A stretch of 64,000 nt of DNA from Escherichia coli (GCF_013122565.1 NZ_CP053258.1); one strand, 5' to 3'; counted from the stretch's first letter, positions 45,148 to 55,598 are shown. Notes: a model not told the origin generated them from the sequence alone. Translations and numbers: made by a program.

Positions 45148-46602
45148 ATGTATATCGGGATAGATCTTGGCACCTCGGGCGTAAAAGTTATTTTGCTCAA
45201 CGAGCAGGGTGAGGTGGTTGCTGCGCAAACGGAAAAGCTGACCGTTTCGCGCCCGCATCCACTCTGGTCGGAACAAGACCCGGAACAGTGGTGGCAGGCA
45301 ACTGATCGCGCAATGAAAGCTCTGGGCGATCAGCATTCTCTGCAGGACGTTAAAGCATTGGGTATTGCCGGCCAGATGCACGGAGCAACCTTACTGGATG
45401 CTCAACAACGGGTATTGCGCCCTGCCATTTTGTGGAACGACGGGCGCTGTGCGCAAGAGTGCGCTTTGCTGGAAGCGCGAGTTCCGCAATCGCGGGTGAT
45501 TACCGGTAACCTGATGATGCCCGGATTTACTGCGCCTAAATTGCTATGGATTCAGCGGCATGAGCCGGAGATATTCCGTCAAATCGACAAAGTATTATTA
45601 CCGAAAGATTACTTGCGTCTGCGTATGACGGGGGAGTTTGCCAGCGATATGTCTGACGCAGCTGGCACCATGTGGCTGGATGTCGCAAAGCGTGACTGGA
45701 GTGACGTCATGCTGCAGGCTTGCAACTTATCTCGTGACCAGATGCCCGCATTATACGAAGGCAGCGAAATTACTGGTGCTTTGTTACCTGAAGTTGCGAA
45801 AGCGTGGGGTATGGCGACGGTGCCAGTTGTCGCAGGCGGTGGCGATAATGCAGCTGGTGCGGTTGGTGTGGGAATGGTTGATGCTAATCAGGCAATGTTA
45901 TCGCTGGGGACGTCGGGGGTCTATTTTGCTGTCAGCGAAGGGTTCTTAAGCAAGCCAGAAAGCGCCGTACATAGCTTTTGCCATGCGCTACCGCAACGTT
46001 GGCATTTAATGTCTGTGATGCTGAGTGCAGCGTCGTGTCTGGATTGGGCCGCGAAATTAACCGGCCTGAGCAATGTCCCAGCTTTAATCGCTGCAGCTCA
46101 ACAGGCTGATGAAAGTGCCGAGCCAGTTTGGTTTCTGCCTTATCTTTCCGGCGAGCGTACGCCACACAATAATCCCCAGGCGAAGGGGGTTTTCTTTGGT
46201 TTGACTCATCAACATGGCCCCAATGAACTGGCGCGAGCAGTGCTGGAAGGCGTGGGTTATGCGCTGGCAGATGGCATGGATGTCGTGCATGCCTGCGGTA
46301 TTAAACCGCAAAGTGTTACGTTGATTGGGGGCGGGGCGCGTAGTGAGTACTGGCGTCAGATGCTGGCGGATATCAGCGGTCAGCAGCTCGATTACCGTAC
46401 GGGGGGGGATGTGGGGCCAGCACTGGGCGCAGCAAGGCTGGCGCAGATTGCGGCGAATCCAGAGAGAGCGCTCATTGAGTTGTTGCCGCAACTACCGTTA
46501 GAACAGTCGCATCTACCAGATGCGCAGCGTTATGCCGCTTATCAGCCACGACGTGAAACGTTCCGTCGCCTCTATCAGCAACTTCTGCCATTAATGGCGT
46601 AA
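45148..46602 (+). CDS. xylB: Xylulokinase
   Basis: 484-aa ORF MYIGIDLGTSGVKVILLNEQGEVVAAQTEKL... (FGGY kinase). Confidence 0.95.
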   Translation: MYIGIDLGTSGVKVILLNEQGEVVAAQTEKLTVSRPHPLWSEQDPEQWWQATDRAMKALGDQHSLQDVKALGIAGQMHGATLLDAQQRVLRPAILWNDGRCAQECALLEARVPQSRVITGNLMMPGFTAPKLLWIQRHEPEIFRQIDKVLLPKDYLRLRMTGEFASDMSDAAGTMWLDVAKRDWSDVMLQACNLSRDQMPALYEGSEITGALLPEVAKAWGMATVPVVAGGGDNAAGAVGVGMVDANQAMLSLGTSGVYFAVSEGFLSKPESAVHSFCHALPQRWHLMSVMLSAASCLDWAAKLTGLSNVPALIAAAQQADESAEPVWFLPYLSGERTPHNNPQAKGVFFGLTHQHGPNELARAVLEGVGYALADGMDVVHACGIKPQSVTLIGGGARSEYWRQMLADISGQQLDYRTGGDVGPALGAARLAQIAANPERALIELLPQLPLEQSHLPDAQRYAAYQPRRETFRRLYQQLLPLMA

Positions 46603-46770
46603 ACGTTATCCCCTGCCTGACCGGGTGGGGGATAATTCGCATCTATATATATCGGTAATTAATTAATATTTAGTATGAATTTATTCTGAAAATCATTTGT
46701 TAATGGCATTTTTCAGTTTTGTCTTTCGTTGGTTACTCGTAATGTATCGCTGGTAGATATGGAGATCGTT

Positions 46771-47112
46771 ATGAAAACCTCAAAGACTGTGGCAAAACTA
46801 TTATTTGTTGTCGGGGCGCTGGTTTATCTGGTTGGGCTATGGATCTCATGCCCATTGTTAAGTGGAAAAGGCTATTTTCTTGGCGTGTTAATGACAGCAA
46901 CTTTTGGCAACTATGCATATCTTCGCGCAGAAAAACTTGGGCAACTGGATGATTTTTTTATCCGCGTCTGCCAGTTGCTAGCGTTAATCACTATCGGTCT
47001 CTTGTTTATCGGTGTTTTAAACGCACCTATCAATGCTTATGAAATGGTGATCTACCCCATCGCCTTTTTTGTCTGCTTGTTTGGTGAAATGCGTTTGTTT
47101 CGCTCGGCATGA
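46771..47112 (+). CDS. yiaB: Inner-membrane protein YiaB
   Basis: ORF track 46729..47112; start taken at MKTSKTVAKLLFVVGALVYLVGLW (113 aa). Gene name assigned by position next to xylB. Confidence 0.7.
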   Translation: MKTSKTVAKLLFVVGALVYLVGLWISCPLLSGKGYFLGVLMTATFGNYAYLRAEKLGQLDDFFIRVCQLLALITIGLLFIGVLNAPINAYEMVIYPIAFFVCLFGEMRLFRSA

Positions 47113-47157
47113 GCAACATAAAGCTCTTACACATTCAGGAATGAAAGGAATACTGTG

Positions 47158-47595
47158 ATGGACAACAAAATATCAACCTATTCTCCGGCATTCAGTATTG
47201 TGTCATGGATAGCTCTCGTTGGTGGTATCGTTACCTATCTGTTAGGGCTATGGAATGCAGAGATGCAGTTAAATGAAAAAGGGTATTATTTTGCCGTACT
47301 GGTGTTAGGACTGTTTTCTGCGGCGTCTTATCAAAAGACCGTTCGGGACAAGTATGAAGGCATACCGACCACCTCCATTTATTATATGACCTGCCTGACT
47401 GTCTTTATTATCTCTGTTGCATTACTGATGGTAGGTCTGTGGAATGCGACATTATTACTCAGCGAAAAAGGTTTTTATGGACTGGCTTTCTTCTTAAGCT
47501 TGTTTGGAGCAGTAGCGGTGCAGAAGAATATTCGTGATGCCGGAATAAACCCACCAAAAGAAACACAGGTTACCCAGGAAGAATACAGCGAATAA
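47158..47595 (+). CDS. yiaA: Inner-membrane protein YiaA (internally duplicated YiaAB-type two-TM domain)
   Basis: ORF track 47155..47595; 145 aa from [10 protein letters not shown]; two repeated modules resembling the upstream yiaB product ([14 protein letters not shown]... / [20 protein letters not shown]). Confidence 0.7.
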
Positions 47596-47603
47596 TTCAC
47601 GTA

Positions 47604-47635
47604 AGCCCGGTCAGTCCAATGTGACCGGGCTTTTA
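47604..47635. terminator. Bidirectional rho-independent terminator between convergent yiaA and wecH
   Basis: Stem agcccggtca (47604..47613) / tgaccgggct (47622..47631), loop gtccaatg, T-run after. Confidence 0.7.
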
Positions 47636-47636
47636 C

Positions 47637-48632
47637 TTAACTCACTAATCTGTTTCTGTCGATTCGTTGTACCAACATAGAAAGTAACAAACTCGCTGCC
47701 AACGTCGCGCAAAATATCCAAATAATATCCAGTATTGGCCAGTTTTTAAGCTCAATCCCCCGGGTGCGCAGCGCATGGATAATCAAGGCGTGGAATCCGT
47801 ATATACCCAACGAATGGCGTGAGATTAAGCCAAGTCCGCGAATGGTACACGTATCCAGCGTGTTTTTAACCAGAGTCAATAGCGCGATTGCGCAGATAAA
47901 AACCATCGGCCCACAGTAAAGATACCAGGTGTCGGCAAAATTTCCGCGCCACTGCAATTCATATAATGTCCCGCGAGAGATAATAAAAACACCCGTCGCA
48001 AACAGTGCGGCACTCACCCACGACAGTGCTTTATGCTGTGTGTCCATCATCCCTATAGCGCGGCCCAACATGCCATACAGGATGTAGTAAAAAGTATCGC
48101 CATTGATATATAAGTTAATTGGCAGCCATTCAAAACCGTCGATTTTCTGCGGCACGGTGTTTGGGTTAGCGATGATACCAATCACCACCATTAGCACCAG
48201 CAACATTTTTCCGCCGACGTTCTTCACCTGAATCAGCGGTGAAACCAGATAAATCACCGCAATCGCGAAGAAAAACCATAGGTGGTAAAACACTGGCTTT
48301 TGCAGCAGGTTTTTCAGCGCTAACTCCACATTAATGGAGGTAAACAGTGCAATGTAGAGCAGCGCGATTGCGCTATAAAAAAACAGACATAAGCCGATAC
48401 GCAAGAAATGGCGCGGCTGGGCGCTGCGTTCGCCAAAAAAGAGATAGCCGGAAATCATGAAAAATAGCGGCACGCTGACACGAGAGGCAGAGTTCAGAAT
48501 ATTGGCGATATCCCAGGTGACGGGGCTAACACTATGAGCATTGGTCACATACCAGGTAGTAGTGTGAATCATCACCACCATTAAACACGCTATCCCTCGC
48601 AGGTTATCAATCCAGTAAATTTTGGGCTGCAT
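47637..48632 (-). CDS. wecH: O-acetyltransferase WecH (acyltransferase family 3)
   Basis: 331-aa polytopic [32 protein letters not shown]... Confidence 0.9.
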   Translation of the reverse strand: MQPKIYWIDNLRGIACLMVVMIHTTTWYVTNAHSVSPVTWDIANILNSASRVSVPLFFMISGYLFFGERSAQPRHFLRIGLCLFFYSAIALLYIALFTSINVELALKNLLQKPVFYHLWFFFAIAVIYLVSPLIQVKNVGGKMLLVLMVVIGIIANPNTVPQKIDGFEWLPINLYINGDTFYYILYGMLGRAIGMMDTQHKALSWVSAALFATGVFIISRGTLYELQWRGNFADTWYLYCGPMVFICAIALLTLVKNTLDTCTIRGLGLISRHSLGIYGFHALIIHALRTRGIELKNWPILDIIWIFCATLAASLLLSMLVQRIDRNRLVS

Positions 48633-48806
48633 CTGTGTCTCTGTATCTGGTTAAAAAAAGTCTGACCGATAAATCATTCAGTTGGCGCACTGGAATAATC
48701 TGAGTTTTATCACTACAGCTTATAGAGGCTTAAGGAAATTCGTAAGATATCAGCCACTATACCGATATAAATAATAAGACTCACCTGCAAACCAGACGGT
48801 AATTTA

Positions 48807-49106
48807 ATGATGATGAACTCTTTCTTTCCGGCAATGGCACTTATGGTGCTAGTAGGTTGTTCAACACCGCCACCCGTGCAGAAAGCACAACGGGTAAAGG
48901 TTGATCCTCTGCGTTCGTTGAATATGGAAGCGTTATGCAAGGATCAGGCGGCAAAACGTTATAACACCGGCGAACAAAAAATCGACGTCACCGCCTTCGA
49001 ACAGTTCCAGGGAAGCTATGAAATGCGCGGTTATACCTTCCGTAAAGAGCAGTTTGTCTGTTCTTTTGACGCAGATGGCCATTTTTTGCATCTTTCCATG
49101 CGTTAA
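48807..49106 (+). CDS. ysaB: Putative lipoprotein YsaB
   Basis: 99-aa ORF MMMNSFFPAMALMVLVGCSTPPPV... (lipobox LVGC). Confidence 0.8.
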   Translation: MMMNSFFPAMALMVLVGCSTPPPVQKAQRVKVDPLRSLNMEALCKDQAAKRYNTGEQKIDVTAFEQFQGSYEMRGYTFRKEQFVCSFDADGHFLHLSMR

Positions 49107-49200
49107 GCCCTGCTTTTTCCCGTTTCATACTGTATATCTTCCATCCAGCGGGTATACTGATCCCTTCCTTTAAATCCACACGTATCCAGCACGAAATAAT

Positions 49201-50112
49201 ATGCAAAAGTTTGATACCAGGACCTTCCAGGGCTTGATCCTGACCTTACAGGATTACTGGGCTCGCCAGGGCTGCACCATTGTTCAACCATTGGACATGG
49301 AAGTCGGCGCGGGAACCTCTCACCCAATGACCTGTCTGCGCGCGCTGGGGCCAGAACCGATGGCGGCTGCTTATGTTCAGCCTTCTCGTCGCCCGACCGA
49401 TGGTCGCTACGGCGAAAACCCCAACCGTTTACAGCACTACTATCAGTTCCAGGTGGTCATTAAGCCATCGCCGGACAATATTCAGGAGCTGTACCTCGGT
49501 TCTCTGAAAGAGCTGGGCATGGACCCGACTATTCACGACATCCGTTTCGTGGAAGATAACTGGGAAAACCCGACGCTGGGTGCCTGGGGGCTGGGCTGGG
49601 AAGTGTGGCTGAACGGCATGGAAGTGACGCAGTTCACTTACTTCCAGCAGGTTGGTGGTCTGGAGTGTAAACCGGTTACCGGCGAGATCACCTACGGTCT
49701 GGAACGTCTGGCCATGTACATTCAGGGCGTAGACAGCGTTTACGACCTGGTCTGGAGCGACGGCCCGCTGGGTAAAACCACCTATGGCGACGTGTTCCAT
49801 CAGAACGAAGTGGAGCAGTCCACTTACAACTTTGAGTACGCGGATGTGGACTTCCTGTTCACCTGCTTTGAGCAGTACGAGAAAGAAGCGCAGCAGCTGC
49901 TGGCGCTGGAAAATCCGCTGCCGCTGCCAGCCTACGAGCGTATTCTGAAAGCCGCCCACAGCTTCAACCTGCTGGATGCGCGTAAAGCCATCTCCGTCAC
50001 CGAGCGTCAGCGCTACATTCTGCGCATTCGCACCCTGACCAAAGCAGTGGCAGAAGCATACTACGCTTCCCGTGAAGCCCTCGGCTTCCCGATGTGCAAC
50101 AAAGATAAGTAA
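49201..50112 (+). CDS. glyQ: Glycine--tRNA ligase alpha subunit
   Basis: 303-aa [47 protein letters not shown]... Confidence 0.97.
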
Positions 50113-50121
50113 GAGGCGGCC

Positions 50122-52191
50122 ATGTCTGAGAAAACTTTTCTGGTGGAAATCGGCACTGAAGAGCTGCCACCAAAAGCACTGCGCAGCCTGGCAGAGTCCT
50201 TTGCTGCGAACTTTACTGCGGAGCTGGATAACGCCGGCCTCGCACACGGCACCGTTCAATGGTTTGCTGCTCCGCGTCGTCTGGCGCTGAAAGTAGCTAA
50301 CCTGGCGGAAGCGCAACCGGATCGTGAAATCGAAAAACGCGGCCCGGCGATTGCCCAGGCGTTCGACGCTGAAGGCAAACCGAGCAAAGCGGCAGAAGGT
50401 TGGGCGCGTGGTTGCGGTATTACCGTTGACCAGGCTGAGCGTCTGACTACCGATAAAGGCGAATGGCTGCTGTATCGCGCCCATGTGAAGGGCGAAAGCA
50501 CTGAAGCACTGCTGCCGAATATGGTTGCGACTTCGCTGGCGAAGCTGCCGATCCCGAAACTGATGCGTTGGGGCGCAAGCGACGTGCACTTCGTGCGTCC
50601 GGTGCACACCGTGACCCTGCTGCTGGGCGACAAAGTCATTCCGGCAACCATTCTGGGCATTCAGTCCGATCGCGTGATTCGCGGCCACCGCTTTATGGGC
50701 GAGCCGGAATTCACCATCGATAACGCCGATCAGTATCCGGAAATTCTGCGTGAGCGCGGGAAAGTCATCGCCGATTACGAAGAACGTAAGGCGAAGATTA
50801 AAGCCGATGCCGAAGAAGCAGCACGGAAGATTGGCGGTAACGCTGACTTAAGCGAAAGTCTGCTGGAAGAAGTGGCTTCGCTGGTGGAGTGGCCGGTTGT
50901 GCTGACCGCAAAATTCGAAGAGAAATTCCTCGCGGTGCCGTCTGAAGCGCTGGTTTACACCATGAAAGGTGACCAGAAATACTTCCCGGTGTATGCGAAC
51001 GATGGCAAACTGCTGCCGAACTTCATCTTCGTTGCCAACATCGAATCGAAAGATCCGCAGCAAATTATCTCTGGTAACGAGAAAGTCGTTCGTCCACGTC
51101 TGGCGGATGCCGAGTTCTTCTTCAATACCGACCGTAAAAAACGTCTGGAAGATAACCTGCCGCGCCTGCAAACCGTGCTGTTCCAGCAACAGCTGGGTAC
51201 GCTGCGTGACAAAACTGACCGCATCCAGGCGCTGGCTGGCTGGATTGCTGAACAGATTGGCGCTGACGTTAACCACGCAACCCGTGCGGGCCTGCTGTCT
51301 AAGTGTGACCTGATGACCAACATGGTCTTCGAGTTCACCGACACCCAAGGCGTTATGGGGATGCACTACGCGCGTCACGATGGCGAAGCGGAAGATGTCG
51401 CGGTGGCGCTGAATGAGCAGTATCAGCCGCGCTTTGCCGGTGATGACCTGCCGTCCAACCCGGTAGCTTGTGCGCTGGCGATTGCTGATAAGATGGATAC
51501 TCTGGCGGGTATCTTCGGTATCGGTCAGCATCCGAAAGGCGACAAAGACCCGTTTGCGTTGCGTCGTGCCGCACTTGGCGTACTGCGTATTATCGTTGAG
51601 AAGAACCTCAACCTTGATCTGCAAACGCTGACCGAAGAAGCAGTGCGTCTGTATGGCGATAAGCTGACTAATGCCAACGTGGTTGATGATGTTATCGACT
51701 TTATGCTCGGTCGCTTCCGCGCCTGGTATCAGGACGAAGGTTACACCGTTGATACCATCCAGGCGGTACTGGCGCGTCGTCCGACTCGTCCGGCTGATTT
51801 CGATGCCCGTATGAAAGCGGTATCGCACTTCCGTACCCTGGAAGCAGCTGCAGCACTGGCGGCGGCGAACAAACGTGTATCTAACATCCTGGCGAAATCT
51901 GACGAAGTGCTGAGCGATCGCGTGAATGCCTCTACTCTGAAAGAGCCAGAAGAAATTAAACTGGCGATGCAGGTTGTGGTGCTACGTGACAAGCTGGAGC
52001 CGTACTTTGCGGAAGGTCGTTACCAGGATGCGCTGGTCGAACTGGCAGAGCTGCGTGAGCCGGTTGATGCTTTCTTCGATAAAGTGATGGTCATGGTTGA
52101 TGACAAAGAATTGCGAATCAACCGTCTTACCATGCTGGAGAAACTGCGCGAATTATTCCTGCGCGTTGCAGATATTTCGCTGTTGCAGTAA
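50122..52191 (+). CDS. glyS: Glycine--tRNA ligase beta subunit
   Basis: 689-aa [39 protein letters not shown]... Confidence 0.97.
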   Translation: MSEKTFLVEIGTEELPPKALRSLAESFAANFTAELDNAGLAHGTVQWFAAPRRLALKVANLAEAQPDREIEKRGPAIAQAFDAEGKPSKAAEGWARGCGITVDQAERLTTDKGEWLLYRAHVKGESTEALLPNMVATSLAKLPIPKLMRWGASDVHFVRPVHTVTLLLGDKVIPATILGIQSDRVIRGHRFMGEPEFTIDNADQYPEILRERGKVIADYEERKAKIKADAEEAARKIGGNADLSESLLEEVASLVEWPVVLTAKFEEKFLAVPSEALVYTMKGDQKYFPVYANDGKLLPNFIFVANIESKDPQQIISGNEKVVRPRLADAEFFFNTDRKKRLEDNLPRLQTVLFQQQLGTLRDKTDRIQALAGWIAEQIGADVNHATRAGLLSKCDLMTNMVFEFTDTQGVMGMHYARHDGEAEDVAVALNEQYQPRFAGDDLPSNPVACALAIADKMDTLAGIFGIGQHPKGDKDPFALRRAALGVLRIIVEKNLNLDLQTLTEEAVRLYGDKLTNANVVDDVIDFMLGRFRAWYQDEGYTVDTIQAVLARRPTRPADFDARMKAVSHFRTLEAAAALAAANKRVSNILAKSDEVLSDRVNASTLKEPEEIKLAMQVVVLRDKLEPYFAEGRYQDALVELAELREPVDAFFDKVMVMVDDKELRINRLTMLEKLRELFLRVADISLLQ

Positions 52192-52205
52192 TCGATAAGT
52201 AATGG

Positions 52206-52241
52206 AAAAACCGACATTCATTTTGGGTGTCGGTTTTTTTT
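52206..52241 (+). terminator. Rho-independent terminator of glyQS
   Basis: Stem aaaaaccgaca / tgtcggttttt with 11-nt loop, followed by T-run (52234..52241). Confidence 0.8.
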
Positions 52242-52259
52242 AATCTTAAGGAATGAGAT

Positions 52260-52619
52260 TTGGCAAAGTTACGAAAGATAGTGGTGGCTGGTCGCACCTG
52301 GTTTTGGGTTTATCGTTACTACTATGCAGATGAGCGAGATTGTTATTTAAGGATAATAAGCGAAGATAAAAAAGCACAGTTTGTAATCTATTTCAGAACT
52401 CCTACTTACCATTACGGTTGTCACCCATTAAATGATGGCCTGCCAGCTTTATACAATAATGTAAAAATCAATATTAATTTGAATCAACCTCGCTTTGTGG
52501 CTCAGTTACTGACTTATGTGTTGGAGAATATTCTTCAAGGTACACCATCAGATGTAATCGAGTACGAGAACGGTAATGAGATGTTACAGCAGCTTGGGTA
52601 TGAGTTTGATTATAAATAA
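52260..52619 (+). CDS. Hypothetical protein, 119 aa, TTG start, AT-rich orphan ORF
   Basis: ORF track 52260..52619 (MAKLRKIVVAGRTWFWVYRYYYADERDCYLRIISEDKK...); AGGA 9 nt upstream of TTG; visibly AT-rich compared with flanking glyS; no family recognised. Confidence 0.4.
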   Translation: MAKLRKIVVAGRTWFWVYRYYYADERDCYLRIISEDKKAQFVIYFRTPTYHYGCHPLNDGLPALYNNVKININLNQPRFVAQLLTYVLENILQGTPSDVIEYENGNEMLQQLGYEFDYK

Positions 52620-52894
52620 TAAAATCCTCATGCCCCATAAATCCTGGTTAATACGATTGTGTTTAATAATCACCTGTTGAATATAATATTATTTATCTAT
52701 TCATTAAGTGAAATTTTTTTTCGGAATTTATCAACAAGAGTGAAATCAGAATTTACGCTAGAATAGCTGCGGGTGCTTGAGACTGTTTGTCTCAGGTATT
52801 CACCGAAAGGCAGACAGAGAAAAGCCCCACCTGACTATAAATCAAAGTGTACTGCACCCATTTTGTTGGACGATGAAATGGAATAGCCCCTGAT

Positions 52895-53416
52895 ATGTCA
52901 AAGCCAAAATACCCTTTTGAAAAGCGCCTTGAAGTCGTGAATCACTACTTCACTACTGATGATGGTTACAGGATCATCTCGGCACGTTTTGGTGTCCCCC
53001 GAACCCAGGTCAGGACATGGGTTGCCCTCTATGAAAAACATGGAGAAAAAGGTTTAATTCCCAAACCTAAAGGTGTTAGTGCTGATCCAGAGTTGCGTAT
53101 TAAGGTCGTGAAAGCTGTGATCGAGCAGCACATGTCCCTTAATCAGGCTGCTGCTCACTTTATGCTTGCTGGTAGTGGTTCTGTAGCCAGGTGGCTGAAG
53201 GTTTATGAAGAGCGCGGAGAAGCTGGTTTACGCGCGCTCAAGATTGGCACCAAAAGAAACATTGCAATATCAGTTGATCCAGAAAAAGCGGCATCAGCAT
53301 TGGAGCTGTCAAAAGACCGACGCATTGAGGATCTTGAAAGGCAAGTTCGATTTCTTGAAACGCGGCTTGTGTATCTAAAAAAGCTGAAAGCCTTAGCTCA
53401 TCCCACGAAAAAGTGA
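52895..53416 (+). CDS. insJ: IS150 OrfA (HTH DNA-binding protein)
   Basis: 173-aa ORF MSKPKYPFEKRLEVVNHYFTTDDGYRIISARFGVPRTQVRTWVALYEKHGEKGL... Confidence 0.95.
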   Translation: MSKPKYPFEKRLEVVNHYFTTDDGYRIISARFGVPRTQVRTWVALYEKHGEKGLIPKPKGVSADPELRIKVVKAVIEQHMSLNQAAAHFMLAGSGSVARWLKVYEERGEAGLRALKIGTKRNIAISVDPEKAASALELSKDRRIEDLERQVRFLETRLVYLKKLKALAHPTKK

Positions 53417-54264
53417 AAGTACTCAACGAGCTAAGGCAGTTTTATCCTCTTGATGAGCTTCTCAGGGCTGCGGAGATACCGCGCAGTACGTTTTATTACC
53501 ATCTAAAGGCTCTCAGCAAGCCTGACAAGTATGCGGACGTTAAAAAGCGTATTGGTGAGATTTATCATGAGAATAGAGGCCGATACGGATACCGTAGGGT
53601 AACGCTGTCTCTTCATCGAGAAGGGAAACAGATTAACCATAAAGCTGTTCAGCGCCTGATGGGAACCCTCTCACTTAAGGCAGCGATTAAGGTCAAGCGA
53701 TACCGCTCTTACAGAGGAGAGGTAGGGCAAACCGCCCCCAATGTTCTCCAAAGAGATTTCAAGGCTACGCGGCCAAACGAGAAGTGGGTTACCGATGTTA
53801 CTGAATTTGCAGTCAATGGGCGCAAGCTGTATTTGTCTCCAGTAATAGATCTCTTCAACAATGAAGTTATTTCTTACAGCCTTTCGGAAAGACCTGTGAT
53901 GAACATGGTTGAGAATATGCTCGATCAGGCATTCAAAAAGCTTAATCCTCACGAGCATCCTGTTCTGCACTCTGACCAGGGATGGCAGTATCGTATGAGA
54001 AGATATCAAAATATCCTTAAAGAACATGGTATTAAACAAAGCATGTCCAGAAAAGGCAATTGTCTGGATAATGCTGTGGTGGAGTGTTTCTTTGGAACCT
54101 TAAAGTCGGAGTGTTTTTATCTTGATGAGTTCAGTAATATAAGCGAACTGAAGGATGCTGTTACGGAATATATTGAATACTACAACAGAAGAAGAATTAG
54201 CCTGAAATTAAAAGGTCTGACTCCAATTGAATATCGGAATCAGACCTATATGCCTCGTGTTTAA
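53413..54264 (+). CDS. insK: IS150 OrfB (DDE integrase/transposase catalytic domain)
   Basis: 283-aa ORF overlapping insJ; DDE region (WVTDVTEF..., HSDQGWQY...); OrfAB fusion expected by -1 frameshift at the heptamer. Confidence 0.95.
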   Translation: MKVLNELRQFYPLDELLRAAEIPRSTFYYHLKALSKPDKYADVKKRIGEIYHENRGRYGYRRVTLSLHREGKQINHKAVQRLMGTLSLKAAIKVKRYRSYRGEVGQTAPNVLQRDFKATRPNEKWVTDVTEFAVNGRKLYLSPVIDLFNNEVISYSLSERPVMNMVENMLDQAFKKLNPHEHPVLHSDQGWQYRMRRYQNILKEHGIKQSMSRKGNCLDNAVVECFFGTLKSECFYLDEFSNISELKDAVTEYIEYYNRRRISLKLKGLTPIEYRNQTYMPRV

Positions 54265-54306
54265 CTGTCCAACTTTTTGGGGTCAGTACAAAGTGAGGCT
54301 GCCTCT

Positions 54307-54520
54307 ATGCTTCAACAACATAAGGTTAGCCTCTTACTCGTTGGAAATCAACACAGGAGGCTGGGAATGCCGCAGAAATACGGATTACTATTCGTTAATA
54401 GTGATTTGTTTCACGCTTTTATTTTTCACCTGGATGATAAGAGATTCACTGTGTGAATTGCATATTAAACAGGAGAGTTATGAGCTGGCGGCGTTTTTAG
54501 CCTGCAAATTGAAAGAGTAA
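54307..54520 (+). pseudogene. hokA: hokA locus (Hok-family membrane toxin), apparently frameshifted and separated from its upstream region by IS150
   Basis: Hok C-terminal domain SLIVICFTLLFFTWMIRDSLCELHIKQESYELAAFLACKLKE is encoded to the stop at 54518..54520, but the Hok-type start MPQKY (ATG 54367) is in the +1 frame and reads MPQKYGLLFVNSDLF... to a stop at 54454. An overlapping mok-like frame starts at ATG 54307. Confidence 0.55.
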
Positions 54521-54679
54521 GAGTCTTCGGCGGGAAATTATTCCCGCCTTTCTTACGGTGTTGGGTATTCTCAATGCACCCTAATTTATTTCTTTAATGA
54601 ATGTTTTTTTTAAAAAATACGCATGGATTTGGCTATTAGATAAGTTTTTAATCGGGAACAGGAATGGTTCGGAGCCTTC

Positions 54680-55051
54680 ATGAATAAACTGCTTTTACTG
54701 TTGATAATGCTTTATCAACGACATCTTTCTCCTCGCAAAGGATACCGCTGTGCTTACAGTGTGTTGTACCAAACGCAGGGATGTTCGGGAGCAGTCAAAG
54801 AGATTATTCAACAGAAAGGTGTTATTGCAGGCTGGGGCGATATACGTCAGCGTTTTGCAGATTGCCGACTTGCGGCAAAGACAATCAGGCAGAAGCAACA
54901 CCTGAACGAGGTAATACGTAAAAAGAAGAATAATGATTGTGATTGTTCCGGGTGTGATGGTGCGGTCTGTCGTGATTGCGACATTCCGGTGCCGGATCTG
55001 GATTGTTCCTGGGACTGTTCTTCTCTACATTTAAAGCGGTTTTTCCAATAA
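54680..55051 (+). CDS. YidD-like (DUF37-like) protein with cysteine-rich C-terminal tail
   Basis: 123-aa ORF MNKLLLLLIMLYQRHLSPRKGYRCAYSVLYQTQGCSGAVKEIIQQKGVIAGWGDIRQRF... resembles the YidD core as I recall it (YQxxISP..G..CRF.P.CS...G.IKG.W); tail NNDCDCSGCDGAVCRDCDIPVPDLDCSWDCSS holds 8 Cys; GGAG 8 nt upstream. Confidence 0.5.
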   Translation: MNKLLLLLIMLYQRHLSPRKGYRCAYSVLYQTQGCSGAVKEIIQQKGVIAGWGDIRQRFADCRLAAKTIRQKQHLNEVIRKKKNNDCDCSGCDGAVCRDCDIPVPDLDCSWDCSSLHLKRFFQ

Positions 55052-55055
55052 AAAA

Positions 55056-55092
55056 ATCCCCGCCAAATGGCAGGGATCTTAGATTCTGTGCT
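55056..55092 (-). terminator. Rho-independent terminator of cspA
   Basis: On the minus strand, stem atccctgcc / ggcggggat (one G-U pair) followed by a U-run; directly 3' of the cspA stop. Confidence 0.7.
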
Positions 55093-55104
55093 TTTAAGCA
55101 GAGA

Positions 55105-55317
55105 TTACAGGCTGGTTACGTTACCAGCTGCCGGGCCTTTAGCGCCGCTTTCGATGGTGAAGGACACTTTCTGACCTTCGTCCAGAGATTTGTAACCATC
55201 GTTCTGGATAGCAGAGAAGTGTACAAACACGTCTTTAGAGCCATCGTCAGGAGTGATGAAGCCGAAGCCTTTGTCAGCGTTGAACCATTTTACGATACCA
55301 GTCATTTTACCGGACAT
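55105..55317 (-). CDS. cspA: Major cold-shock protein CspA
   Basis: 70-aa [73 protein letters not shown]. Confidence 0.98.
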
Positions 55318-55480
55318 AGTGTATTACCTTTAATAATTAATTGTGCCTTTCGGCGATATGGCGTGCTTTACAGATTTTTGAAGCGTTAAAGGAAATGCAC
55401 TACGAGGGGTATCAACGATAACTCTTGAAGAGGACTTGCCTTACTACACTGCTTTAATGGTCTGTACGTCAAACCGTTGA
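55318..55480 (-). promoter_or_regulatory. cspA long 5' UTR (cold-box / thermosensing leader) region
   Basis: cspA is known to carry a ~160-nt structured 5' UTR; extent assigned from that knowledge, not resolved base by base here. Confidence 0.5.
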
Positions 55481-55598
55481 TGTGCATTAAGCCACGCATT
55501 GGCGGGTGATGCAACAATTATTTTTCATATTTATGATTAATCGGTTGGAAAACGGTCCTGTCATCAGGACCGTAAACAGCAATAAAGTGGATAAAAGT

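Larger units (their letters stand above)
52848..54290 (+). mobile_element. IS150 (IS3 family), complete 1443-bp copy with 3-bp target-site duplication AAG
   Basis: Termini tgtactgcacccattttgttggac (left) and gtccaactttttggggtcagtaca (right), imperfect inverted repeats starting TG and ending CA; identical AAG at 52845..52847 and 54291..54293; contains insJ and insK; A AAA AAG slippery heptamer at 53377..53383. Confidence 0.95.

Noticed and set aside
49429-50688. 419-aa minus-strand ORF spanning glyQ and glyS
   Set aside because: Antisense to two essential, strongly conserved genes and crosses their intergenic junction; no independent start context.
50848-51828. 326-aa minus-strand ORF inside glyS
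   Set aside because: Antisense to glyS; same reasoning as the other shadow ORFs.
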